Assembly: GCA_021432655.1 (NCBI GenBank)
Contig: MU271614.1
Coordinates: 1 to 39,104, forward strand
Length of the DNA stretch: 39,104 bases
Direction: 5' to 3'
DNA from: Atractiella rhizophila
Taxonomy: Eukaryota
Position 1 is the first letter of the stretch; every line of letters begins with the position of its first letter. This document shows positions 1-13,803 of the stretch, in pieces. The translations under genes and the position numbers were made by a program. The notes beneath the pieces were generated by a model. That model saw nothing but the letters and a program-made list of their open reading frames with translations, was not told the DNA's origin and made no database searches.

Positions 1-485
1 TGCAAACTTTTGGATATGTATACATCTCTTTTTTCACTCAAACAGACGATCCACTATTTTGCAACGCAAACGGAACGCGGTATTGCAGACTGAATTAGCT
101 GGCGTCGTTACAACGAATTGTCAGATAACACATTTCTCAGGCTTAGCTTGATTCCCTTTTTCACCTTAGAAGGATGGTTACGTATAGCGGGAATGGGGCC
201 GAATGCGTGGGCAATCAGTTTCCTGCTCCACTGTTTCATAAACTTTAACATAATTAGGGGAATAAATTCTGAATGTTCCTTAGACGTTCTGAAGCGTTAG
301 TTTTGCCTCAAAGCGCTCGGTTCATTCAGCCAAATGCTCTCAGATTTGGGTCAACAGCAAGAGATGTGAAGACATAACATTCAGGAGCTCTCAATTGGCT
401 AGTAATACATAATCCAAGAAGTTAGAGGAGCGAAACAAACAGAGTACAGTCGTAATAGAGAGAAGGCAAGTAGCAGAAATCCACC

Positions 486-1403
486 TCAAAGGTGACGGCT
501 TGTTACTTCCAAGATTTGCAGAAATTCGGGCAGCAACTCTTTCAATCTACACCTTTTCGTATGCTCCCTTAGTTCTGCAGGACTCTTCGGGAATGGCGCC
601 AAAACAAGGGGCTCATCGTTCTCTTTGTCTTCCAGACATTTCATCTCCTCATCCCGGAACCATGTGAACCTTCTGCATTGACAGTATCCAGCATAAGCGA
701 AGGCGACACCATTAACCCAAGCACTGCGTGCGTATCCTCTCGACCATGAGAAGACTTTTGCTCCCCGAAAGAAGACGGTGGGGTAGAGACAGGCAGGGAG
801 GTGGATTTGTGTCGGATCGCACCTTTCAAATTGATTCTCGGCCATCTCTTCTAACCCAGCGCCAACAATTCGAATGAACGCGTCTGTACCTTCTTGAAGA
901 TAGATATAGCCTAGCTCTCGTGGAAAAGCTCGTATTTTTTGAGAGAATCTTTCTCGGGGTATAAGCGGTGCAAACGGAAACGGCTCGAGATGAGCATTGC
1001 GGCATTGTGAAGCAGAGACAGAATCTTGCCGCTCATCATTAGGAGTGGAAACAACGCATGCATCACTGTTGCTGTCAAGGATGAGAAATTGGCTTGGAGC
1101 AGCAGGCATCATAGCCGTTGAGTTGGAGCTAGATGAGCTGAACCAGTCGGATGGCAGTTGACAAGCGAAACACCACTCTTCTGTAAAAAATCAACCAATT
1201 TTATAAATGGATAACAAACATTATTCACCAGATGTCAAGAAACAGGTGGATCCTAATTGATTCAATATCTTGTGGTATCGCTCCAGGTCTGGATCTGCGT
1301 TTAGATCTGCTTGAAATAGAAGAAGAGGACACTCACTGGTAAAGCGGAGCCAGTTGAATTCGATGACAATATTATCCCAAGAGGGATGCGGAAAGGTTTC
1401 CAT
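486..1403 (-). CDS. Hypothetical protein (probably multi-exon; 5' end uncertain)
   Basis: 208-aa ORF 486-1112 stays open upstream to ~1183 and can be joined to the 1221-1403 ORF by a short GT-AG intron. No family recognised. Confidence 0.35.
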
Positions 1404-3221
1404 TTTGGAGTTATGTACGAGTTCTGGCGTATTGCGATGTGGCTAGTGAAGAGTTGAAAGAACGCAGCTCCCAGAGATATATCGGAAGTGTTCGGTGAGT
1501 TGTAGCCCACCGAACACTTGCGACCTATCAGAGCTAGCTGGATTCTTTCAGACATCCCACAATGAGGTGTATGAACTGAAAACGAGCGAGTTGGAGTTGC
1601 GAGTCTGGTGAGGAAACAATCATTCGTCGATTCTCCATCCACTCTGGCCTGATGTTTTGCCAATGATGGTGATGGTGGAAGTAAGAGAGACGCCAAAAGG
1701 AATGAAATAAAGAGCGTGTGAAGCTGGCCTATCAAGTTTCGAAAATGGTAGCGTAGAAGAACGAGTGTGCGCTCTTTTATCATCAGTGTGGAGACATACG
1801 CAAACGCACCTGCGTTTGCGCCTATTTACGCGGTTCCTCTTGCGCATTCCTCTTTGCCAAATTTCGTGCATCATGCCCCGTTGCGCCTCCTCTCTACCTC
1901 ATCCCAGCATCCCACCATCAGTATACTTGTGTGCAACCCCCATCACATTCGCAATCCAATCTTCCTTGTATCCTGGAATATCTCAGCTTTACATCGCATT
2001 GCATTGCGAGCGAGAGTTTGCAATCCCCCACCAGATCTCTCACGGTAATCACATCTCAATCTACATGATTGTGCAGGAGACCATTGAATGTGACTAGACT
2101 TGTCCAATAACGGACCCGATTGCGGATGAATATCGATAAATGCTAGGTCGATTCCACAGAAGGTCTAGAATAAGCAGATCACTGTCACTGAATTCAAGTT
2201 TTTCATCGTCACTACATTTTATCTCCTCCCCATTCACTCCCTCTCTTTCCAACCAGCAACACAACCCACAACTTCGAATGCCACTCTGTCTGCCTGTGGG
2301 GAGATCTCAACCGACTGTCCGATCTAATCCCTCTTAAACCTCCGCCATTGCCTCCATTGCTGACTTTCCATTCAATTTATTCGCGCGCAAGGTTCTAATC
2401 GACATGGCAATCTCAATATAGTGATTCGTTTCAATGGCCTAAGGGCAGTGACTGTCAAAGTCTAGAGTGAGGAGGGTTCGTACGGTTGGAAGAGCAGGAA
2501 CATATCTTCACACCTTCAAACTGAGAGCGCTAGGTCACTTTGAAAGGGAGGCAAGAAGATGGATGTGGTGGCGAAGAAAAGCCCAACTCTCGTGTGCGAG
2601 AGCATAGAGGTATGGTGTCAACTCAGACCTGCGTAGTTGGATTGCAGAGGTCCTCAGGCAGGCGAGGTCGTTTGGCTTCTGTCTAGAGGGTATATGCCAT
2701 CCATCAATCGTCGCATGCAGAGAATGAAGAGAGAGAAGCTTGTAGAGAAACGAGTTTGGCATCCTGAAAGAGGCAGTGAGGCAATGGTCCACCTTGCGCG
2801 CTACGTCGTCAGCATCACCATCCAAAGTGTAGAGAAGAGGGATGAGGACGATAAGTGTAAGGATCCAAAACGGCAATATCGATGCTCTTACAGTTGTCCT
2901 CCTAAATTTTGAGGCATTGATGGTTTTCCAATTCGAACATTTGTCTCTGGTTCAGATCGAACAGAGCCTTGCATATCAGCAGAGTGTGGGAGAGGATGAC
3001 TGCCTCCTTCGATGCATCTTCGAGGATGCTTGATTCTCAGGTGGCTCGCTCCAATGGAATGACGGATCTCAAGAGAGGATTCAGACTGTATTCGACATCA
3101 TTAATACTTATCATGACTGTTGTCGTGAAACAGAACCCAAGTGACCGCGGTCTGGTCACGTGTTCCACACACGGGCTGCCGTCTCTCCTTCGAATTCACG
3201 CCAACACATCTTCCACACACC

Positions 3222-6200
3222 ATGTCCTCCCCATTGCCCCTTTGGACGCCCTCTCCCTCCTCCCCTCCCGCTAAGATCACGGAGTTCCTCAGCTTCGTGA
3301 ACACGCGCTTTGCTCTCGATCCTCCGCTCAAAGACTATTGGCAGCTGCATAGATGGAGCGTCAGTGATGACGGGATCGGCAGATTCTGGGAAGCGGTATG
3401 GGAGTTTACGGGTGTTGTTGGCGACAGAGAAAAAGGAGGACAGGTAAGTGCGATTCGTGTCGTCGTCTTTCATCTCCTTCGTCGCCTTGCTAGCTTTGTG
3501 CCATATTACGGCTTACTTCGTTTATATTTTATCAGATGCATATAATTTCCATTAAAATTGACTGCATTTCAACCGCTAGTAGTCTTTGATTGAATCCCAA
3601 CAGTTTCACAACTGCCAATTTTGGTCTGTAAATGGTACTTTGTGATTTTAAGTCGTTGGCTACAACGATCAGTAAGGCTGGACGTCAGACAATTCCAGCA
3701 ACAGAGCCACAAGGTGCCCGTGCCGAGACTGACCTGATATTTCCTTGAGGAATTAGAGCAAGAGACCCACCATTCTGAATGAAATCAGTTCCAAAGACTT
3801 GTGCTTCTCTTAGGCATGCGTATACGCCAGTTCGGCGCGATTGGACGGGAGATTGCCAGTCATCTGTTTATAGTGATTGATGTGTCCATTAGGACAGAGA
3901 CGACGAAATCTTGTTGTTTGGAAGGTATTGTTTCATGCCACACCAGGCACTTATCTTTGTCCTTTATTGCTTCATGTGCATCTTGACCCTATTATCGAAT
4001 AACTTACATAGTTTTATTTGGACAGGTCCTAGACACCACATTACGAATGGATAGCATTCCGCCATGGTTCCCAGGCGCCAGGATAAACTGGGCTGAGTAA
4101 GTGTATTTCTCTCTCGAGTACAATGCCTCCTCTCAAACCAGGCACTCACGTACGCAGAAATATGCTCTCTCCACACCGGAACTCCACCCGCATAGCACTC
4201 ATCCAGCTATCCGAAGATCTGATACCTACCAAACTATCCTACGCCGAGCTATATACACGCGTCCACAGCTTCTCCGCCTACCTTTCCTCTCCATCGATCG
4301 CATTCGGGGAAAACGACGTTCTGGCGTATTACGGTCCGACCACCTCGGAATCCGCCATCTCTCTCCTCTCCTGTTCCGCCCTCGGAGGCGTCTTCGCCTC
4401 CTGTGGTTCCGATATGGGCGTCCCTGGCGTCGTGGATCGGTTGAAACAGATACGTCCGAAAGTACTCGTCGTTGGGAAGGAAAGCGTGTACGCTGGGAAG
4501 CGGTTCGCTTTGAAGGAGAAAGGGGAGGAGGTTGCGAGGTTGGTCGGTGCCCAAGTCACAGTGCTACATGTTGGAAGCTCACAGTGGGAGACTGCACTGA
4601 CGGAAGGCGTCAAGGAGGAGAGTACCGAAATTGCTTGGAGGAGAAGAGAGTTCAATGACCCGCTTTGGGTGTTATTTTCTTCAGGGACGACTGGTGCTGT
4701 GAGATTTCTTCTCTTTTATTTTTGCGACCTATGCAACTTAACAGCTGACTGCTGCAGCCGAAACCTATCGTCCATCGGGTTGGAGGGATGATCTTACAGA
4801 GTAAGAAGGAACATGTGATACACGGTGATATCGGACCTGAAGATGTGCGTCTCTAAATCTCTCCTGCACTCGATTAGGGATGCTAAAGGAGGGTTTGGGA
4901 CAAGGTCTTCTTTTATTACACCACGCCGGGTTGGATGATGTTCAACTATCTTCTATCCGCCTTGTCCACTGGCGCCACACTTGTCTTATACGATGGTTCA
5001 CCACTCCACGACCCGTCGATCCTTTGGCGAATGGCGTCTCAGTTGCGAGTAACAATATTAGGTGTTGTTAGTCCTCCCTTCCTCCATACCCAGCCGAAAA
5101 GAGCCTAACGACAGTGAATAGTCGGCCAAATACCTCTCCGTCCTCTCCACGTCGTACTCGCCAGCAAAAGCAGAAGGACTCGATCTCACACCACTCCGCC
5201 AGATCCTCAGCACTGGTAGTCCGTTGAAGGCTAGCTTATATGAGTGGGTGTACGAGCATGTAAAGAAAGACGTCGTTGTGGGTTCCATCACTGGCGGAAC
5301 GGACATCTGTTCCCTCTTCTGCGGCTACGGCACCTACCTACCTGTAGGTCCTACTTAGGACCTCCCTCATGAATTAGTGCAAACTGATCGAGCTTGCAGG
5401 TATACGCGGGCGAAATCCAGCACGCAAATCTGGGGATGGCAATCGAGGCTTGGAACGAAGAAGGGAAAAAGGTGGCAGTGGGAGAGAGCGGGGAGCTCGT
5501 GTGCATCAAGCCGTTCCCCGCGATGCCTATTCGCTTCTGGCCTACCACGGAGGATCCGGATGGGATGCAAAGGTATCGGGCCGCGTACTTTGGAGATTTC
5601 GAAGGGGTGTGGAAACACGGAGACTACTGTTCGTCTTTCTCTCCTTTTCCCCCAAATATAAGTAAAGAAGATGAGCTGAATCGAGCAACTTAGGCATATT
5701 CACCGAGAGAGGAGGAATTGTTATGCTTGGACGGTCAGACGCAGTCCTGAACCCATCAGGAGTACGCTTTGGCAGCGCTGAGATTTACGAGGTGCTAGAA
5801 GGGATGGGCGAAGCTGAGGGAATCCTCGATTCGCTGGCTGTAGGACAACCTATCGATGATGGGGCTGATGAGAGGGTCGTCCTTTTTCTTGTCATGCAGG
5901 AGGGCCATCTATTGGACGAGGAACGAGCGAAGAGAGTGAAGGCGAAGATTAGACAAGCGTAAGCTGACTGTTCCTGAATTAGGAATAAGCATACTGATGT
6001 CGACGTTAGGAGGAGCCCTAGACACGTACCTGCCGTGGTGTTGCAGGTCCAAGATATCCCCTATACGTGCGATATCTCATCTCTTTTTTGATCCTGTGCT
6101 CACTCCAACCTTAGGATAAACGGGAAGAAGGTCGAAGTGCCGGTCAAGAAACTGATTCGGTGCGTTCATCTGCCCCAGACCGTCTTGAAGCTGAATAGCA

Positions 6201-6303
6201 ACGCAGTGGTGCCTCCTTGAACTCAATCAATCTTGGGACATTGAGGAACCCAGAATGTCTACAAGAGTATATCCAATTACGAGATTCCGCTCTGAAGCTG
6301 TAG
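3222..6303 (+). CDS. AACS: Acetoacetyl-CoA synthetase (AMP-dependent acyl-CoA synthetase family), multi-exon
   Basis: Spliced by eye: [45 protein letters not shown]-binding motif [88 protein letters not shown]; ends [20 protein letters not shown] (TAG 6301-6303). Splice phases consistent throughout. Confidence 0.92.
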
Positions 6304-6438
6304 CATAAATGTCGACAAAAACATGTCTTGTACAAGAGAGAACGCAAGATGTATAAACTACCTATTGGTGTTGGAGGAGTTGAAGTATGCTCCGATGTCA
6401 TTTTGTTAGTTTTGCAACATCCATTAACAACAGCTAAA

Positions 6439-8112
6439 TCACGAGGACACGTTCTTCCGTCGTGCGACTGCAAGCACCAAAGCAGCAGCAGCGTAAATCC
6501 CCTTTGTACCCCTGTCAGTATCCTGAGTTCGAGGAGGGAGGGAGGGACAAACAGCAGAAAGAAACCAAGAAAAGTTAGGTGCGCTGTCCAAAGTAGCACT
6601 GTAAACCGACCCAAGAATGATGGGAGAGATCGTCAATCCAATGGCGTCCAAGACCGCAAAGCCTTGTATAAGGCTATCTGTTCGTTTAACAAGCTGGGTC
6701 ATGAATGCTTGTATTGATGGAGCCGCCCCACTCGACAGTCCCGCCATGGCCAGACCCACGAGAAGGCCCACCCAGGACTTTGAAAGACCAATAAGAAAGA
6801 TGCCGCCACTATTGAGTGCGAAGGAGAGGGAGGAGAAGAGTAAATCAAAGTGATTCGGTCCAGGAGACGACGAAGGTGCTTCGGAGAGTAGAGGTGTAGT
6901 GATGCTGGGTGTGGTTGGAGGTGTTGAGCGGCGCATACCCGAGAATAGTCGCCTACCGTAACTCGATAGTGGTGGGAAAATAAGGATGGAGTATATCGAC
7001 TGTTCGAGGAGTGTTATGATATGAATGAGTTAAAAATAAATGGGGACGGCGAACCTGAATGCCCAGATAATATGCGAGAAGAAATCCAAGATCCTTTTCC
7101 GAATAATGTAACCTACCAGTTGTAAACAACATGAGCATCTAACCCGTTTGTTAGCCCGCGGCTCTGGGAACAGTGACAATATCGAACCTGATTGAAGAAC
7201 CCCACCACCAGCAAGCTCAGAAAGTACGCAGCACCACATCCCAGTAAAGCATAGCTCCTTTGCCTTCGTGCTCTCCCAGCCGCGTGAGGCGGGAATAACA
7301 AGCGCTTTGCCCTTTTATACCCCTCTTTGAAACCTGTTGAGCCCTCTTTTTCTTCCTCTTTCCTTTGTAGCTTGAGCTCGGCTTTCGCTTCGTCAGTCAA
7401 GGACTCTCTGACGGTTGCAAGGACGAGCAGTAAATTGAGCGACTGGACAGCTAGAGCAATCCACAGAGGAAAAGTCAAGAGTCCGGTTCGATTTGCGATC
7501 CATCCCCCTCCACCTGTACTGACGGCAGTCGCAAGGCCAGCCATGCCCCTTTGCACCGCGAACCAACCTGCCCGTTTATGCATTTTGTCTTCTGGCAAGA
7601 GGTCGATGATGTAGTTCTGCCAGGCGAGATTGAAAAGAAATGGTCCCAAAGAGCCGATGGATACGACGGCTAGCATGAGGAGCAGGAATGAATGTAGAGT
7701 CAGGGAAGCGATGACGAGAGTTGTGTTCAGAAGAGAAGCGAGCAGGGCATAGATGACGAGTCGCTTCCTCCCTATCCTTTGCTCATTTAGACTAGCAGTT
7801 AAAGCAGATAAGAACCATACCTCGGGTGTTCACGAGGTGAGAAAACTCCTTAATACTGACTAAACTTATGATGCACTCAAAGCACACCATCGCGCTCATC
7901 AGTCCACTCTGAATACGCTCGACCTCAACTGAGGAGCATTTCGAGTCGTCCAGCTCCAAATCGAACTCTTGGAAGTAGAATCGGCATGCCCATTGACGAT
8001 AGATCATGGGAATAATTGGCATTGGGAGTCCATGGGCGACGTTGTAGAGGAAGATTGGCGAGAGGATGGAATAGAGCGTTGCTTTCGGTGCAACTCGCCG
8101 CAGCTTGAACAT
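6439..8112 (-). CDS. Major facilitator superfamily transporter (SLC46/TetA-like), multi-exon
   Basis: Multiple hydrophobic helices across ORFs 7792-8112, 7113-7676, 6953-7138 and 6439-6936. Cys-containing loop after TM1 (WACRFYF..KCSSVEVERIQS), motif-A-like LVNTRG|GRKRL, and C-terminal AVLDAIGLTISPIILGSVYS. Joined by GT-AG introns. Confidence 0.8.
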
Positions 8113-10725
8113 TGCGGACAGTCTGCAAGGAATGTTAGTTGGTTATCGAAAAGTTGCAGCACAGACAGGTTATGCCAATTTTAAGATGTTGAGCGGTGGG
8201 AATTCTGCAGCACAACTTGTTGGGGAGAACAGTCTGCTAGAGACACAATGGACGGCGACAAAGGCTGACGCGTATTTTGAGCCATGTGATTTTTTTTGCG
8301 CAAGATATAATATACACGACTTTTAGGTCAACCAGCCTGCTGCATCATCTGCAAGTGCGCATAGAGTCTAACAACACCCAAACTAGGCAAGGTAAGAGGG
8401 ATACTGGCGGCATTAGGCGGAATTTGATACAGTTATACTGGAGAAAACACCACCTGGCTCTCAGTGACAGGGCTCCCCCTTTCACACAGAAACGAATACG
8501 TGAAGAGCGTGTTCCCCTCACCATCCACCTCAATATGCAGCAACAGCGTATAACGTTTAGCATACATGAATGATATGCATGCTGATTGGAACAGACAATG
8601 TTTCAGGTTAATCTCGACTGAGCCATAGCACCCAACACAAATTTTAAGGATTTCAGGCCAGAGACAACCTCAAAGCGAGGAATCTGTCGCGTCTAACCGC
8701 TCCATTTCTTAGACCGCACCGTTTTGCTGGTTCAAAAGTCCGACCAGCTCATGATCGAAGCGTGTAACCAAGCTTCAAAGAGCGGGATAGAGTTCAGCAA
8801 TATCCTAGCTTACCACTCGCCAGATTTAGGAGAAGGTGATGCGCATACCATTCCTTTTTTGTGAATTTAGTAAATTTTCACCTCAAATGGACGATCTGCG
8901 CGACATAGCCAGAAAGGCGACTCAAACTATTGTACGATTTGGTACGATCTTGCCCCGAAATGAGAAAGGACGACTGGACATTGTTTTTCGCACTGATCTA
9001 AACAATTTACATGAAGTCGAGGTATAATAGCGAAAGAAATGCAACTTTGACTACCAACTGCACTTGCGTCATTACGTCATGCACAAAGCTCTCATTGCCC
9101 AAAAGCCCCGACTAAGGACAGATAAACGTACCTAAGCACCTTTACTCTGATTCCAGTCAATTCCAAGAATGCTTCTCAGCTGCAATCAATCAGCCAATCC
9201 CAGTTCGTCGTTTATCTGTGTTTGGGCGGAAGGCGTCACTAATTGTGATCGCAATTCCGGCTGCTTGAACCTTGGCTTGCTCCAGTTCAACCAAGTCGAA
9301 CTTGCTCGAATTCGCAGGCTGCCCTATAAGAGCCTTGCCTTGTCCTGTCCATTCCGCTCTTCACGGCTGGATATCGTCAAATTCGCACCTCGGGGCTTTC
9401 CGTCGTTCGGTAACACGGAGCGCTTCTTGTCAGCTCAGCTTAACGGTCTTTCACGCTACTTCGTTGGTCCCGTCAGCTTGTTCCGGCGCATAGTTCCTTG
9501 TGCCACTGGGGAGAAGATCAGGAGGAGAAAACGAGAATTTCAGCTTGCTGAAAGGTGTTATAAGGTCTGGATCTGGCATTGAGCAACAGCTGCTTCAGGA
9601 CAGCTTGCTTTGGAGGAGTAAGTAAAGGAAGACTCGTTCATTTTTTAAGGTAAGCTTTTGCGTTTCGTAGAAAAAAGAGGATGGTAGTGTCTCTTTTGAT
9701 GCCTACTTGGCACAATTCTGTGCGCACTTTTAAGGAGGATCTGCATTCTATTCATTTATTTCGACGAATATTGTTCAGCTCGAACAGCTGCGTACTATTG
9801 ACTTTTGAAAAAGCTCTGAGCCATGATACGAAATGGATGTATAGAGAGAGGAGCCGTCCTTGGTGATTCCACCGATTCCACTCAGGCCTGATCAACGGCT
9901 TTTGTGTTTCATGCCACTTTATCTAAATTGCAATATTCTCCCTCCACAATTTGTTCCTCCCAACCTGCCTCGAGAAAGCCTTATACTGTAGAGGTTTCTG
10001 AATCAACTCGGTGGCCTTGCCCTTTTAATTTAGTTAGTTCACACTTAGCGTCGTGGCTGCCTCTGGGCTCCTGCCAGTCTATTCCATCCGGACCTTATTG
10101 CTACGGCATTTTCCCTTGTGCTTTCGTTCAAAAACTGGATATTTCCTGTATGAGTTGCGCTAGACAAAGGACCTGGTTGTATCGTTTACTATTGATTGCA
10201 GCATACGTACCTTGCGCAACTAGATCCAAAGATAATTACTATTTACCAACCCAAATTTCTCAGGAACTTTCTCAATCCTTCCAGCAAGATTTGTCTTGAA
10301 TCAAGCACTGTTGGCCCAAGCAGCGTTTGACTGACAAGTGTGCCAATGCTTTGGAGTTCCATTTGATAGTGAATGAAGTGTTCTATTTTGTCCCATCTCT
10401 GAACAAAATAGCACACTTCATTCACTATGATCCCAACTCTGGCGCGCCGTCACCTTTGGAGCGATTTTCGACGCCTTGCGCTAATTCCCCATCCTCACAA
10501 GTAAAGCGGCCGTTACAATACCGTTCCAACGGATACTGATAATAAAATTTTGATTTGTATCTCACATATGTTATCCGTGCACGATGCATGCGGATGGGGG
10601 ATTCTTCCGTTTCATGTCCCAAACCCGATCTCTATCCCGGTCTTTTATGCCTCTGCTCTCTCGTCTTCCCTCTCATTCTTGTTGCTACATTTTTGCGTCA
10701 AAACCGACCATATTCACTCATTAAC

Positions 10726-11984
10726 ATGGGGCTCTTAGACAATTTACACATCTCGATGAATCCAAACACAGTCCTTCTCGTCGTTGTCCCTCTTGGATCG
10801 GCCCTGATCCTTGGCCTTCTTTTCTTCTGGATTTGGCTCAATCGAAGACGTGCGAGGCAAGCGAGAGCGCAAGTTAAGGATTGGAGAGATGGTGTCAAAC
10901 CAGAGGGGGAGGGAGATGCTCTGGAGGTAGTTGTGGGCGGCAAGCAGCTGACCGAAAAAGAGCTGGAGAGCGGGTTGTACAATTCGTACTCTGAAAAACA
11001 CTCGGTTTGTGATTCTTTACAAGTAAAAGGTACAATTATTGACCGAGGCGCTGTAGGAGTTCAACGTTGTTGTTACGCCTCCTCCCGTCACTCCACCGCA
11101 TGCGTTCACGGCCTCGATGCGGATCGAACCCTGGCAATTCCCTCCATCGTTCCCTGGGTTTGAAGTCCCTACCACCCCGTCGACCTTCACGATGCCTAGT
11201 ACACCATCACCTGCCTAGCACACCATCACCTGCCTATGCGCCTCCATCTCGCGCTCCATCTTATAAATCCACCACCAGCCGCTCTCCCTCTTCTTCTCGC
11301 TCTCCTTCGACCAAGCTTCCTAGGTTCCCAAGGTTTCCGATATCACCAAAGTCTCCAACATTTCCAAAGTCCCCTCGGTCACCTAACTCAGCGCCCGACC
11401 CGACCATGGACGACTTTTTCTTGCCTTCTGACACGCCTTCCGTGCCACTGCCCATCTCTGCGGCGATGGCGATGTGTTCGTCTAATCTAGAGATCATCAC
11501 ACCGCCGCTCCATCTCATGCCGAACAGTCCAATCAGTGCGGAGCTGAGGAGGGTGGAGAGCGAGAAGAGGAGGAATTTCGAAGGGAAAGAAGCGGAGAAA
11601 AGAACGCTTCCTCTCCGTCGCGAGGAGGGTCTGTACTTTAACGGCACTCGTTTCGAAGGCGGCGTTGGGTTGGAAAGGGCAAGGAGCGAACGTATCGTCC
11701 GCTCGGCCAGCGAGGGAAGGGCGAAGATGGCTGCGCGCAAGCATCGACAGGCGGAGAGCGAGGGGGGACGGTCGAGAGGAGCCAGGAGGAGCGCCACGCT
11801 GAATATGCCTCGAGAGAAGAGGAGAGAACGTGGAAGAGGAGCCATCCCTAACGCTGCTGTCACGCCTTTTCAACTCGATTCGCCTCCCTCGAGGACGTCC
11901 AGCCTTAATAAACAGCATAGACGACCAAAAGCTCCTCCATTTACGAGAGAGGGTTCAGTGTCCTCCATCCAAAACATCGCTTAA
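10726..11984 (+). CDS. Single-pass membrane protein with Pro/Ser-rich tail; reading frame broken by a 19-bp tandem duplication
   Basis: ATG 10726; TM segment VLLVVVPLGSALILGLLFFWIWL followed by a basic stop-transfer RRRAR; intron 11005-11056 (gtttgt..ctgtag). Spliced frame reads EFNVVVTPPP..MPSTPSPA* (TAG 11216-11218); the low-complexity coding frame continues to 11984 in a different frame. Confidence 0.6.
11193..11236 (+). repeat. 19-bp tandem duplication (2.3 units)
   Basis: tgcctagtacaccatcacc / tgcctagcacaccatcacc / tgccta; one t/c mismatch between units. Confidence 0.9.
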
Positions 11985-12714
11985 CATTATCTACACCATT
12001 TATCAGTATCAGTTATTGCTTCTCGTTCCGTGTATTCCCACAAATCAACCGGGCCTGCGTTGACAAACGATTTAATCCTCAACATCTTGACGATAGCATC
12101 TTCTGCAATACTTCAGCGTCGTATTGGTGCTTTAATCCTCGTTTGCTGGTCGTTCGCCTCAAATTATAACAAAAAGCCAACGTTGACAATGGCATCATTC
12201 ACCTTACCATGGACTTCGTTTTAGATTTCCCCTTCTTTCAGTTGGTTACGAATGATGTTCTTGCTGGTCGTTGTCCTTTATTTTGTCGTTTGCATCTCCC
12301 TTAGCGCTTAAGCTCGCTGGGTTTGTCATTTGTCGTCAATTCCACCAGAGGTGTATTGTCTTTCATTGCTAGCGTCAGAGACTGTGTGTACTATCCACTG
12401 TGTAGCTTAAATGATTAAATGATCCCAGCATCGATTTATATTCTTTCCTGCCATCCATGGATTCAAGCCAAAGCATTCGAGAGAATACTAATTGAACAGC
12501 TAAAGAGCTCAATCCATTAGAACAGGAATCTGCTTGAACATACATCTTGTCGAAGGATCATAAAGGCGAAGGTCGGGTTGAAGAAGGGAGGTATGTGACA
12601 TTTTGGATTCGGTCAAGGAATAGATAGTGTAAAATGACGTATATTAAGAATAAATGAACCAAGAACTCCACAACCCGAAGCAAGCGCCGTCAGATCGTCG
12701 TCTGTAGAACAGGT

Positions 12715-13803
12715 TTAGTTGGTCCTCTGCCTCTTTTTGCTCCTCTTCTCCTCCTCCTCATCTAAATCAATCTCCTTCGAAGCGTCATCGTCGTCCTCTT
12801 CGTCCTCGCTGTGGTCTTCTCCATCTTCGAGGTCGCTATCAACATAGACGCCAGCGAAGAGGTCAAGAGCCTGCTCATACACAACGTTGAACTGTCCAAT
12901 CGAATAACAGGTCAGGCCTGCGTTCATTCAATGGTTATGAGCGGAGGAGCGTACCATTTCAGCGAAGTTGTAAGGGTCCTGTCCATCCTCGCCACTAGTG
13001 AAGTAGTTGAAAAAAGAACCGTGGATCTGATCAGGAACCTCGTCGAACTCCTCCATATCATCGATATTCTTCGCAGGGTACTTCTTGACGAGATTCTTAT
13101 CTTCCGACTTCCAATCAATCGGGGTAGGTGACGTGTAGGTCTCTGCTTCCAACGAGTATTTGGGGACGGGGGCCGCAGGAGTTTCCAATTTGACGTTGTC
13201 CGCAGGTGTCAAACTATAGGACTTGACAAGGGTTGTGTTGCTGAAGAAAGGGTTCTCCTTGAAAGTCTGTGCATGTCGAACGCATGTCAGAAAGCGTCTG
13301 GCAGTGAACAGAACGGCGGCGCAACGTACGAGCACAACGTCAAAATACCTAGGATCCTCCTTGTGAATGATTTTCAAGTCTTCCAGAGCCTCAAGAGCCT
13401 CTCTGTCCTCAGCAACCATGAAGCTGCTCAGGTTGGCAAAGTTGGTCAACTGTTCTCCCCGTTGACGCGTTCAACCCCCAATTAGGCCAGAGACGAAGAA
13501 ACACGCACGGCAGTCAACCAAAATTTGGGGTACTTTTTGATGAGCGCCTCTCGTTGGGCGAGCACCTTCTCCTGAGCTGCCAACTTCTGTTTCCCTGTTA
13601 CACCAAACGAATCACGAAAAAACGCGTCAAGTCAGACATTCTTCCCAGTGCAGCTCCAACAAAGAAGACGTACAAGCCTCATATTCGACCTTTTGCCAGG
13701 ACTCCACAATGGTATTAGCCTCCTCGACATTGGCACCATAAATCTCCTTGTACCTCAAAGATTTGATGGACACCATATCAACAATTTCTCCGTTCGCTGC
13801 CAT
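12715..13803 (-). CDS. NAP-family histone chaperone (SET/TAF-I/Vps75-like), multi-exon
   Basis: QREALIKKYPKFWLTA, EDREALEALEDL, FKENPFFSNTTLVKSY, SPTPIDWK..KNL, SFFNYF, and an acidic C-terminal tail ending in basic KRSKKRQRTN. Confidence 0.85.

Noticed and set aside
2535..3033. Overlapping 60-110 aa ORFs upstream of the acetoacetyl-CoA synthetase
   Set aside because: No recognisable motif or consistent exon structure.
9064..9080. Tandem CRE/bZIP-like sites ttgcgtcattacgtcat
   Set aside because: Too short, and no clear target gene to support a call.
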